Below are positions 19,250-28,079 of a DNA stretch of 64,000 bases, one piece after another. The stretch's first letter is position 1. Each line of letters starts with the position of its first letter. The notes beneath the pieces were generated by a model. It searched no databases. It was not told the DNA's origin and saw nothing but the letters and a program-made list of their open reading frames with translations. The translations under genes were made by a program, and so were the position numbers. This DNA comes from Minisyncoccota bacterium (GTDB lineage Bacteria > Patescibacteriota > Minisyncoccia > Phycocordibacterales > UBA1550), in assembly GCA_023229865.1 (NCBI GenBank), contig JALNYL010000003.1:22109-86108 (forward strand), read 5' to 3'.

Positions 19250-20122
19250 ATGACCAAAACAATAGCAACCATTTTAGTAGCCACGGCAGCAATCTTGGCG
19301 CCACAAGCAGCCTTTGCCCTTACCTCAGAAATGCACGTCACAAAAAACGGCGACGCTTCGATGTCACAGGCAAAAGTTATGCAGATTGCAGGGGGGACAC
19401 TTTTTGCGCGCCTCTACTGGGGAGACGCATTCATTCGCTTCACGATCAAAACTAATTCTTCAACAAAGTTTTATCGCGCGACAGGAGAAGCGACCACAAT
19501 CGCAGAAATCAAAGAAGGGGACATCCTCGACACAGTAGGAACTCTCGAAACAGGCAGTAACACCATAAACCTCATCGCCACCTCTATCAAAAACTCTTCT
19601 GTTCAAAAAGAGCAGGCAGTGCTCGCGGGGACCGTTTCAAGCGTCGACCTCTCGGCGCGACAGTTTACCATGACTTCAAAAGATCGTGGGGAAGTGACCG
19701 TCAAAGTGGGCGCAGCAACTCCTTTTACAAAAGGCAATCGCACGGTCGACATTGGCAATCTTCGTAAGGGTGATTACATTTCAAAAACATCAGGTGACTA
19801 CGATTATGCGACACGCACTCTCGTTGCAGACAAAGTAATCATCTACGTGGACCTCGGCCTTTTCAAAGCGCAAAACTTTGCAGGGAAACTCGTCGAAGCT
19901 CCTACTGTTTCAACTGACGGAACTGCAACATTAAAAATTCTCGTAGGAAGCACGACATATTCTGTACACCTCCAAAAGGGCGCAGCAGTCATGCGCGCAG
20001 ACCGCAGTGTAACGACCCTCCAGCGCTTTGTCGCAGGTGACAGTATTCGTTTCTATGGCATTCGTCGCGAAATCGATGACCCTATCATCGACGCAGAAGT
20101 TCTCCGCAATTTAAATCTCTAA
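19250..20122 (+). CDS. Secreted protein with three repeated beta-rich (DUF5666-like) domains
   Basis: Signal peptide ending AFA; repeated T.F..(GD).I motifs. Confidence 0.7.
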   Translation: MTKTIATILVATAAILAPQAAFALTSEMHVTKNGDASMSQAKVMQIAGGTLFARLYWGDAFIRFTIKTNSSTKFYRATGEATTIAEIKEGDILDTVGTLETGSNTINLIATSIKNSSVQKEQAVLAGTVSSVDLSARQFTMTSKDRGEVTVKVGAATPFTKGNRTVDIGNLRKGDYISKTSGDYDYATRTLVADKVIIYVDLGLFKAQNFAGKLVEAPTVSTDGTATLKILVGSTTYSVHLQKGAAVMRADRSVTTLQRFVAGDSIRFYGIRREIDDPIIDAEVLRNLNL

Positions 20123-20152
20123 TTTTATTAATTTAATTTACCTACAAAAACT

Positions 20153-22048
20153 ATGTGTGGCATTGTCGGCATCATCACCAGTGAAAAAAGAAATCTTGTT
20201 CCCGAAATCGTATCTTCGCTCATCAACCTTGAGTATCGCGGCTACGACAGTACCGGTATTGCGATCCTCGACAAGGGGGCAATCAAGCGTGTTCGTCGCG
20301 TAGGGGCACCGAGTGACGTTTTTCCTCCTGAAGAAATTTCTAAAGAGCTCGACGTGAGTGAATCTGGTTTTTCTCTTGCGGTCGGACACAATCGCTGGGC
20401 AACACACGGCAAGCCTTCGCTCGAAAACGCGCACCCACACTTCGATTGCACCGGAGAAATCGCCGTCGTGCACAATGGCACCATCCTCAATCACGAGACT
20501 TTAAAACAAGAGCTCGTGAAGCTTGGGCACACATTCACCTCAACCACCGACACCGAGGTCATCCCTCACATGATCGAGCAAAAGATGAAGGAAGGTTTAT
20601 CACTCAAAGATGCCTTCCTCGATACCGCAGCGCTCCTCGAGGGAAGCTTTGGACTTGCTGTCATCTCAACAAAAGAACCCGGGAAACTTTTTATCGTTAA
20701 GCGCGGAAGTCCTCTTCTTTTTGGTATTTTGAAAAACACAATTATCGCAGCTTCGAGTTCAAACGCAATTCTCTCCTACACCAACACATTCATCCCACTT
20801 ACTGATTGCGAATATGCTGAGTTTGCTATCAAGGGCGACGAGGTGACCTATCGTATCGGTACCACGTTCAACAAAAACCAAACAATCAACAAACCAGTAG
20901 AAACAATCACCGATCACTCACTAGCCGATATTTCAAAGGGTGGCTATGAATCGTTTATGAAAAAAGAGATTCACGCACAACCTTCTGTTTTTCGCACGAC
21001 CATCCTCGGCCGCTACGACGAGAAGACAGGGGACGCCGTTTTGGGCGGACTCATTGACCACGAAGATACCTTAAGGAACGCAAAGGGAATCCTCACGGTC
21101 GCATGCGGGACCGCGCACAATGCGTCGCTCGTCGGTGGTGCCCTCATTGAGTCTCTCGCAGGTATTCCTGTACGAAGCGAGATTGCTTCAGAATTCCGCT
21201 ACAAAAAAGTTCCCCTCGACCCTAAAGACACTATAATCTTTGCCACAAGTCAGTCGGGCGAGACAGCAGACACCCTCGAGTCAGTGAAGGAAGCGAAGCG
21301 CAAAGGATATAAGACATTTGGTGTCATAAACGTCGTCGGCAGTGCGATTGCGGAAGAAGTCGATGCGGGCGTGTATGCGCGCGCGGGAGTTGAGGTCGGT
21401 GTTGCTTCGACAAAAGCTTTCACCGCACAGCTCGCAATATTTTATTTGCTCGCGATTAAATTTGCGCGCGAGAGGGGAATGACGGCACAAGAAGGTCGCG
21501 CCCTCATCAGTGAGCTCGAGCAGATTCCCGATCTTATGATGAAAACTCTTGCCGACACCGAAAAAAGAGTAATTGCTCTCACAGAACGCTATACGGCAAA
21601 AAATATTCGCGTGATCAATTTCCTTGGTCGCGGAATCAATGTCCCCGTAGCTACCGAAGCTGCACTCAAGTTTAAAGAGCTCACCTATCTTGAAGCGGGA
21701 AGTTATCCTCTTGGCGAACTCAAGCACGGCCCCATCGCTGTCATTGATGAAAATTCCGTCTCGGTGATCCTCATGCCGCACGACGAACTCTTTGCGCAAA
21801 ACAAAAATTCGCTTGAGCAAATCCTCTCTAAGAACGGCAACGTCATTGTCATCACTGACGAACTCGGCGCGCAAAACCTCAAAGAACAAAACGTCGACAT
21901 CATCACCATCCCTACACTCAAGCATCCGCTTTTGTATCCACTTCTTGAGATCCTTCCTCTCCAACTCTTCGCATATCACTACGCACTCGCGCTCGGCAAC
22001 AACGTCGACAAACCCCGCAACCTCGCAAAGTCAGTGACAGTGGAATAA
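20153..22048 (+). CDS. glmS: Glutamine--fructose-6-phosphate aminotransferase
   Basis: MCGIVG, LEYRGYDS, RWATHG, SQSGETAD, ELKHGP, PRNLAKSVTVE. Confidence 0.98.
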   Translation: MCGIVGIITSEKRNLVPEIVSSLINLEYRGYDSTGIAILDKGAIKRVRRVGAPSDVFPPEEISKELDVSESGFSLAVGHNRWATHGKPSLENAHPHFDCTGEIAVVHNGTILNHETLKQELVKLGHTFTSTTDTEVIPHMIEQKMKEGLSLKDAFLDTAALLEGSFGLAVISTKEPGKLFIVKRGSPLLFGILKNTIIAASSSNAILSYTNTFIPLTDCEYAEFAIKGDEVTYRIGTTFNKNQTINKPVETITDHSLADISKGGYESFMKKEIHAQPSVFRTTILGRYDEKTGDAVLGGLIDHEDTLRNAKGILTVACGTAHNASLVGGALIESLAGIPVRSEIASEFRYKKVPLDPKDTIIFATSQSGETADTLESVKEAKRKGYKTFGVINVVGSAIAEEVDAGVYARAGVEVGVASTKAFTAQLAIFYLLAIKFARERGMTAQEGRALISELEQIPDLMMKTLADTEKRVIALTERYTAKNIRVINFLGRGINVPVATEAALKFKELTYLEAGSYPLGELKHGPIAVIDENSVSVILMPHDELFAQNKNSLEQILSKNGNVIVITDELGAQNLKEQNVDIITIPTLKHPLLYPLLEILPLQLFAYHYALALGNNVDKPRNLAKSVTVE

Positions 22049-22117
22049 ACCTAGACAGCGACAGAGAGAAGAATATACTTAGAGAAGCAGCTCTTTAATT
22101 ACAGAAGGAGGTTCATC

Positions 22118-22663
22118 ATGGGAACCATCATCTTGCTCCAGAAACCGACGATGTCTTTTGACTCAGCCGTTCTTGAGCCAACAGTCACCGCAACATGGGT
22201 TACCTTTGTAAAAGAAGGTGAGACGCGCGTAAAGCACAATCTCGGCGAAGAACTCGAAAGCTTCCTCGTCTTCACCCTTATGCGCCTCGTGAGACGCACG
22301 GATATTTTTACTCCCGCACTCGGACTCGAGTACTATAAAGCCTCAACCGAATACGTGGGACGCAAAAAAGAAGAAGCTCTCGGCGAAATAGGGGACACAA
22401 GCCTTATTCTCGCAGGACTCTTCCCCGAAAGACACCGTCGGCTCAATGTTTCTTCGTCTTACTTTTCAGAGATAGGGCGTCTCGCGTTCAGAGAACTTGC
22501 TGACTCGCTCAGTGAAAGAAACCGCGTGTCGCTTGCGAAGCTTTACCACAACGTAAACAATGGTTTTATCTCTATGACCGATGTCCTCCTTGCTGCTCGT
22601 GAAAACAAGTTTAGCGAGGCAAGCCCCATCATCAAAAAGCCAGGGTTCTTGTCCTTGCAGTAG
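22118..22663 (+). CDS. Conserved hypothetical protein
   Basis: Own promoter (TAGACA..TATACT), AAGGAGGT SD and downstream terminator; EELESFLVF and GDTSLILAGLFP motifs. Confidence 0.8.
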   Translation: MGTIILLQKPTMSFDSAVLEPTVTATWVTFVKEGETRVKHNLGEELESFLVFTLMRLVRRTDIFTPALGLEYYKASTEYVGRKKEEALGEIGDTSLILAGLFPERHRRLNVSSSYFSEIGRLAFRELADSLSERNRVSLAKLYHNVNNGFISMTDVLLAARENKFSEASPIIKKPGFLSLQ

Positions 22664-22678
22664 CACTTCTATAATTCC

Positions 22679-22708
22679 AAACACCGCGACTTCCGCGGTG
22701 TTTTTTTT
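22679..22708 (+). terminator. Intrinsic terminator
   Basis: AACACCGCG/CGCGGTGTT followed by a T-run. Confidence 0.8.
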
Positions 22709-22746
22709 AAATTGCATATCAAATAGAATCAAAGTACTATAACAAC

Positions 22747-23595
22747 ATGAAGAAACTTTTAGCCATCACTCTCATTGCTCTTGTCGTACCACAGATTGCT
22801 TTGGCATCTTGGTGGAATCCATTTTCTTGGTTTAAGCAATCAGCACAACAAGTGCCCTCTTACACAACAGCGCAAACGCAAAAAGTTTCAACCACAAAAC
22901 CGACCACCCAGGAGACGAAATCTCTTTCAGGTTTTTACCCTGTAACAAAAGTTATCGACGGGGACACACTCAGTGTAAACATGGACGGCACCATCACCAC
23001 ACTTCGTCTCATTGGGATCAATACTCCTGAGACCGTCGACCCACGAAGACCTGTTGAATGTTTTGGAAAAGAAGCTTCAAACAAATCAAAAGAAATGCTC
23101 ACCGGTAAAAATGTGCGCGTCGTTACCGATGCATCACAAGGGACCCTCGACAAATACGGTAGAACGCTCGCGTACGTTTTCACAGAAGACGGCACCAACT
23201 TCAACGAGTATATGATCAAAGAAGGTTATGCATACGAGTACACATACAACACGCCGTATCAATATCAAAAAGAATTCAAACTCGTACAAAGCGAAGCGCA
23301 AAAATCAAAGAAGGGACTTTGGGCTGATGGCGCGTGCGGAATGAAAAATGTAACCACGCAAACGAAGTCGACAACTGCGAGCGCCGCAACAATTTTTACC
23401 GCAACGACCGTGACACCAACCCAGCCCATCATTAAAAATAGTGAGCACATTTGCTCTTATAATGCCTACAATTGCCCAAGCTTCTCAACGCACGCCGAAG
23501 CCCAGGCAGTCTACGAAGCATGCGGTGGCCCATACACTGATATTCACAAGCTCGACCAAGATAAGGACGGGAAAGCCTGCGAAACTTTGCCGTAG
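22747..23595 (+). CDS. Secreted thermonuclease (SNase) with an excalibur-like Ca-binding C-terminus
   Basis: Signal peptide + SWWNPFSW; VIDGDT, RLIGINTPE, DKYGRTLAYV, KGLW; LDQDKDGKACE. Confidence 0.92.
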   Translation: MKKLLAITLIALVVPQIALASWWNPFSWFKQSAQQVPSYTTAQTQKVSTTKPTTQETKSLSGFYPVTKVIDGDTLSVNMDGTITTLRLIGINTPETVDPRRPVECFGKEASNKSKEMLTGKNVRVVTDASQGTLDKYGRTLAYVFTEDGTNFNEYMIKEGYAYEYTYNTPYQYQKEFKLVQSEAQKSKKGLWADGACGMKNVTTQTKSTTASAATIFTATTVTPTQPIIKNSEHICSYNAYNCPSFSTHAEAQAVYEACGGPYTDIHKLDQDKDGKACETLP

Positions 23596-23616
23596 AAATG
23601 CTAAAATAGGGGAATT

Positions 23617-24447
23617 ATGGCGAAACAGCCCAAACCTAGTCCTAAGCAAATTAAGGCCTTCCAGGCTCAAATTTGGGCCTTTTACGAGGTATCAGGGAGG
23701 CATAATTTGCCTTGGCGAAAGACCAAAAACCCTTACAAAATCCTTGTTTCTGAGGTAATGCTCCAACAAACCCAGGTTTCGCGGGTGCTCGAAAAATACC
23801 CTGAATTTTTAAAGGCTTTTCCAGCCGTCGAAACCCTGGCAAAAGCACCGCTTTCGGAAGTCCTCAAAGTCTGGCAGGGGATGGGGTACAACCGCCGCGG
23901 GCTCGCGCTCAAGCGTATGGCGGAAAAAGTTTTGACTGACCACAAAGGCAAAGTCCCACACGAACGAGGCGAGCTCGAATCACTCCCAGGCGTCGGTCCA
24001 TACACTGCGGGGGCTGTGCGCGCGTTTGCTTTTGATGAGCCAGAAATTTTTATCGAGACAAACATCCGCAGAATTTTTATCCATCATTTTTTCAAAGACA
24101 AAGAGGGAATTGGTGATCGAGAAATTTATCCACTCGTTGAGGCGACCCTTGATACAAAAAATCCTCGCGCGTGGTATTGGGCGCTCATGGACTATGGTTC
24201 ACGCTTGCCAAAAGTCGTACGCAAAAATTCAAACACCCAGAGCAAGCACTATGTGAAGCAGAGCACATTTAAAGGATCTCTCCGCGAACTCCGTGGAAAA
24301 ATAATCCGCACACTTGGAGACAAGCCGCAGACTCTTGTGTCACTCAAACGCGTATGCGACAATGACGAACGAATAAAGGAGGCTCTCGATGCACTAAGCA
24401 AAGACTCACTCATTAAATATGAAAAAAGAAAATACCAACTTGCCTAA
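23617..24447 (+). CDS. mutY: A/G-specific adenine glycosylase (short, lacks Fe-S cysteines)
   Basis: LPWR, VSEVMLQQTQV, WQGMGYNRR, LPGVGPYTA. Confidence 0.92.
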   Translation: MAKQPKPSPKQIKAFQAQIWAFYEVSGRHNLPWRKTKNPYKILVSEVMLQQTQVSRVLEKYPEFLKAFPAVETLAKAPLSEVLKVWQGMGYNRRGLALKRMAEKVLTDHKGKVPHERGELESLPGVGPYTAGAVRAFAFDEPEIFIETNIRRIFIHHFFKDKEGIGDREIYPLVEATLDTKNPRAWYWALMDYGSRLPKVVRKNSNTQSKHYVKQSTFKGSLRELRGKIIRTLGDKPQTLVSLKRVCDNDERIKEALDALSKDSLIKYEKRKYQLA

Positions 24448-25045
24448 CATATTGAAGGTGCTGAAAAAGCTCTATCCGCACCCAGCATGCGCACTTCACT
24501 ACACGAAGCCATTTGAGCTTCTCGTGGCAGTCATTTTGTCTGCGCAATGCACCGATAAAAAAGTAAATGAGGTTACGAAAGAACTTTTCAAGAAATACAG
24601 AACCCTCGACGACTATGCGAGCGCGAAATCCGCTACATTTGAAAAAGATATTCATGCGACAGGATTTTATCGCGCGAAGACAAAAAATATTCTTGCTGCG
24701 GCAAAAGTTTTGAAATATGATTTTGATGGGAAAATTCCAAAAACAATGGGGGAGATGATCACGATCCCCGGTGTGGGGAGAAAGACTGCCAACGTCGTTC
24801 TTGGTGAGCTCTATGGCACAGCCGAGGGAATCGCCGTCGACACGCACGTCATTCGTCTCTCAAAACTTTTTGGACTCACTACGCACACCGACGCAAAAAA
24901 GATAGAAGGGGATTTGATGCAGATAGTCCCCAAAAAAGATTGGGTGAGTTTCTCACACATGCTCATCCTCTATGGACGCGAGCATTGCACCGCGCGCTGC
25001 AAGCATACTGATTGCCCTCTCAAGAAATACGTAAACATGCTATAA
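24419..25045 (+). CDS. nth: Endonuclease III
   Basis: LSAQCTD, PGVGRKTANV, VDTHV. Confidence 0.95.
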   Translation: MKKENTNLPNILKVLKKLYPHPACALHYTKPFELLVAVILSAQCTDKKVNEVTKELFKKYRTLDDYASAKSATFEKDIHATGFYRAKTKNILAAAKVLKYDFDGKIPKTMGEMITIPGVGRKTANVVLGELYGTAEGIAVDTHVIRLSKLFGLTTHTDAKKIEGDLMQIVPKKDWVSFSHMLILYGREHCTARCKHTDCPLKKYVNML

Positions 25046-25057
25046 TACAAGGACTTT

Positions 25058-26257
25058 ATGGGAAACTCAGACAATCTACTTACCAACAAAGAACTTCGTC
25101 GAGGATTCTTTGGTCTCTACTTCGGTCGTATGGCGATGGCTATCGCAAACGGCCTCATTGGTATATTCCTTCCTATTTTCCTCTACAATCTTCTTGAGGG
25201 AAATGTCTCGCTCATCATGGGATACTACGCACTCGCGGGAATCACATATGTTTTTCTTGTTGCATTTGGTGCACAGTTTTTAAATAAATTTGGATTCCGC
25301 AAGTCTCTCGTACTCGGAAGTTTCTTGGCGGCAGCAGTAAACACGGCATACTACTTCACCACAAAAGAAAATGCTCTGATGCTTCTGTCATGCGCACTCA
25401 TCTCGCTCGTACTTTTCCGTATGTTCTTTTGGATTCCATTCCACGTAGACTTCGCAGTATTTACCAATAAAGGCAAGAAGGGTGGGCAAGTAGGGCTCAT
25501 GCTCGGGACAATGACGCTCGTCGGCATCGCGGGCCCAATGATCGCAGGATACATCATTCAGAGTTGGTCGATGCAGGTACTTTTTTCTATTGCCGTCGTC
25601 GTATATCTCTTTAGTATGATTCCGTTTAGAATGGTGCCGCGCACCAACGAACGCTTCAGCTGGAGTTATACAAAAGTATGGCGTGAACTTTTTGCAAAAA
25701 AGAATAGGGGAATCGTATGGGCATCGGTGGCGGTCGGCGCCGAGGATATCATCGGCTTCACGATTTGGCCTATTTTTATTTTCGTACTTCTCAAGGGGAA
25801 TTACTTCCAGGTCGGCGCGCTCGAAAGTTTTATCGTCGGCATCACCGTGCTCTTACAATTAATGTTTGGACACTACCTCGACCGAATCGGGAAGAAGCAC
25901 AAAATGCTCAAGACAAGCAGTATCTTGTATGCCCTCGGGTGGATCGTCAAAATCTTCGTCGCGACAGCTGTGCAGGTCTTCGTCGCCGGACTTTATCATA
26001 AGATCACCAAAGTCCTTACTGACACCTCATACGATGCGATTTTCTACGAGACCGCAGCCGATCAGGGGCACTACATAGACGAGTATACCGTTTTGAGCGA
26101 AATGGCAATAAACATCGGGAGAGTCATCGGAACAGGGTCGGTGGCAGTATTGTTGATGTTCTTGAGTCTACAGTGGACATTTATCGTAGGCGCACTCGCG
26201 TCGCTCGTATTCATCACGCTTTCAGCGACACACCAGATGAACGAGAAGCGCGCATAA
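25058..26257 (+). CDS. MFS transporter
   Basis: About 12 hydrophobic helices in two halves; G.YLDRIGKK loop motif. Confidence 0.85.
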   Translation: MGNSDNLLTNKELRRGFFGLYFGRMAMAIANGLIGIFLPIFLYNLLEGNVSLIMGYYALAGITYVFLVAFGAQFLNKFGFRKSLVLGSFLAAAVNTAYYFTTKENALMLLSCALISLVLFRMFFWIPFHVDFAVFTNKGKKGGQVGLMLGTMTLVGIAGPMIAGYIIQSWSMQVLFSIAVVVYLFSMIPFRMVPRTNERFSWSYTKVWRELFAKKNRGIVWASVAVGAEDIIGFTIWPIFIFVLLKGNYFQVGALESFIVGITVLLQLMFGHYLDRIGKKHKMLKTSSILYALGWIVKIFVATAVQVFVAGLYHKITKVLTDTSYDAIFYETAADQGHYIDEYTVLSEMAINIGRVIGTGSVAVLLMFLSLQWTFIVGALASLVFITLSATHQMNEKRA

Positions 26258-26298
26258 CCAATCTCGCAGCGCATTCTTAAATTACGGGAGGGGGTAGT

Positions 26299-26431
26299 GG
26301 GAGAGGGCCTTATTTTATTGGGTTATCGCTATATACACACGTCGCACAATATATCTTTTGCGACGTGCTCATGAACCCCGTAGGGATTGCTTGAGTATGT
26401 CGCAAAAGATCCCTGGATTGAGCCCTTTCCC
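26299..26431 (+). ncRNA. Candidate structured non-coding RNA (unassigned)
   Basis: Nested stems 26299-26308/26422-26431 and 26353-26371/26392-26410 whose mismatches are G-U on the + strand. Confidence 0.4.
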
Positions 26432-26441
26432 GAGGAGTGTT

Positions 26442-26489
26442 CCTAGTAATCAAAAAGACCTCACTCTTGAGGTCTTTTTGATTACTAGG
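26442..26489. terminator. Perfect 21-bp inverted repeat, probable bidirectional terminator
   Basis: CCTAGTAATCAAAAAGACCTC-ACTCTT-GAGGTCTTTTTGATTACTAGG. Confidence 0.8.
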
Positions 26490-26504
26490 CTTTGTTAAAT
26501 CTTA

Positions 26505-26768
26505 TTATTGAACGATTACTGCAGGTGCTGTTGATGATGCTGTCTCGCTTGATGACAATACGAGATTAATAACATTTTCTCGTAGATATTTAATCATCGG
26601 CAAAATGTAGTCCGTCACCGCACCTGTCGCAATCCCCATAACTTTCTGGAAAAGCTGATTTTGTGCCAAACCCTGGAGGTCGACATTAAAATACGCGAGC
26701 CCCGCAATGATAATAACTGCCAAAAACACGATCTGCATAAACCCGCGCTGGTGAGAATTTGTTTTCAT
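26505..26768 (-). CDS. Small membrane protein
   Basis: QRGF followed by a hydrophobic helix (pilin-like N-terminus but no Glu5). Confidence 0.7.
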   Translation of the reverse strand: MKTNSHQRGFMQIVFLAVIIIAGLAYFNVDLQGLAQNQLFQKVMGIATGAVTDYILPMIKYLRENVINLVLSSSETASSTAPAVIVQ

Positions 26769-26789
26769 GGATAAATTATAGCGTATCTT

Positions 26790-28064
26790 TTACAGATAAT
26801 CCATCGGATCCAAGTACGCGTTGGTTGCCGCTACGGGCATTGTGTAGGTACGGCCACCGCAAGACTTACTTGGGAGATTCTTTACTTCAACCGCCGCTGC
26901 TGCAAAAACAGTCAGGTGCAAGTGCGGACCCGTCGAATAGCCAGTATTGCCACTGTAGCCAATAAGGTCGCTTGTGTTAATGGTCTGCCCTTTTGATACT
27001 TTTATAAGCGAAAAGTGCGCATAGAGGCTCGCGAGCCCGTTTTTGTGCTTGATGAGTACCCACTTACCATACGAAGCTCCTGCGCACGTGAGGTCTGTAT
27101 CCCCTGTGCCGATTACCGTCCCGGAGAGCATCGCCTTCACCGGAGTTCCTACCGCCGCGCGGAAGTCTGTACCATTGTGTGTCCCTGATGCATACAAACG
27201 CCCTGATGAGCTCGTCTTACCAAACTGTTGCGTGATCGTAAGTGGGTTGAGTGGCGCTGCAAAAACTTTTGTACCACGTGGTGGAATCGACGTTGGATCA
27301 AGAATAAATTTCAACGTTGATTCATACTCACGAAGTTCTTTCTCGAGTGCATCCTTGAGCGCGAGCTTGTCTTTCAAAATCTTTTGATACTGTGTCTCCT
27401 GATTTTTTGTTTGCGTGAGAAGCGTCGTCGTTTGCTTCTTGTTGTCCTCAGTGATTTTCTTTTGGTCGCCAAGCTCCTCCTTGAGGCCAAGGAGTTTTCC
27501 TTTCTCAAGTTTCTTTGCTTTGTTTTTTGCCTCGAGGTCAGACTTGAGTGCTTTGATAATCTCAACGTTTGCGGTCACGCTTGAGCTAAACATTTCGAGT
27601 GTTTCAAGATCGTTCCACAACCCCGAAAAACTCTCGTTAGAAAGTGCGATTTGTGCGAGTGATTGTTCATCACTTTCATACACTGAAAGGAGCGCTTCCT
27701 TGAGCGCGGCCTTGCGGGCACTGATTTCGTCCTCCTTGTACGAGATTTCCGAGCCGAGTTGACGAATCTTCAAATCTGTTGTATCAACTTTTGTCTGCGT
27801 GAGACGGATGTCTGCCTCGAGTTTTTTACGGGTTACCTCAAGGGCTGCGATTGCATTGCTGAGTGTTTTCTTCTTTGATGCGAGGGTCGCAATATCCCCC
27901 TGATACTGTGCGATTTCTTTCTCAAGCTTCTCAATAGCGCTCGTCTGCGAGGTGATCTTCTGCTGGAGCTCTTCGATCGTCTGCGCTTCTACGAGTGTAC
28001 TCAATCCAAAGGCGCCGAGACCTGCGGCCAACAAGACACCAAGTTGGATTAAGAAAGTTCGCAT
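26790..28064 (-). CDS. Coiled-coil M23 peptidase (EnvC/MepM-like)
   Basis: Signal peptide, long coiled coil, HNGTDF, YAH, STGPHLH. Confidence 0.92.
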   Translation of the reverse strand: MRTFLIQLGVLLAAGLGAFGLSTLVEAQTIEELQQKITSQTSAIEKLEKEIAQYQGDIATLASKKKTLSNAIAALEVTRKKLEADIRLTQTKVDTTDLKIRQLGSEISYKEDEISARKAALKEALLSVYESDEQSLAQIALSNESFSGLWNDLETLEMFSSSVTANVEIIKALKSDLEAKNKAKKLEKGKLLGLKEELGDQKKITEDNKKQTTTLLTQTKNQETQYQKILKDKLALKDALEKELREYESTLKFILDPTSIPPRGTKVFAAPLNPLTITQQFGKTSSSGRLYASGTHNGTDFRAAVGTPVKAMLSGTVIGTGDTDLTCAGASYGKWVLIKHKNGLASLYAHFSLIKVSKGQTINTSDLIGYSGNTGYSTGPHLHLTVFAAAAVEVKNLPSKSCGGRTYTMPVAATNAYLDPMDYL

Positions 28065-28079
28065 GCTGAAAATAATAAA

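Noticed and set aside
17087-21979. Long antisense ORFs (17087-17779, 21281-21979) and similar overlaps
   Set aside because: They lie opposite well-supported genes (PHP, glmS) and lack motifs or start signals.
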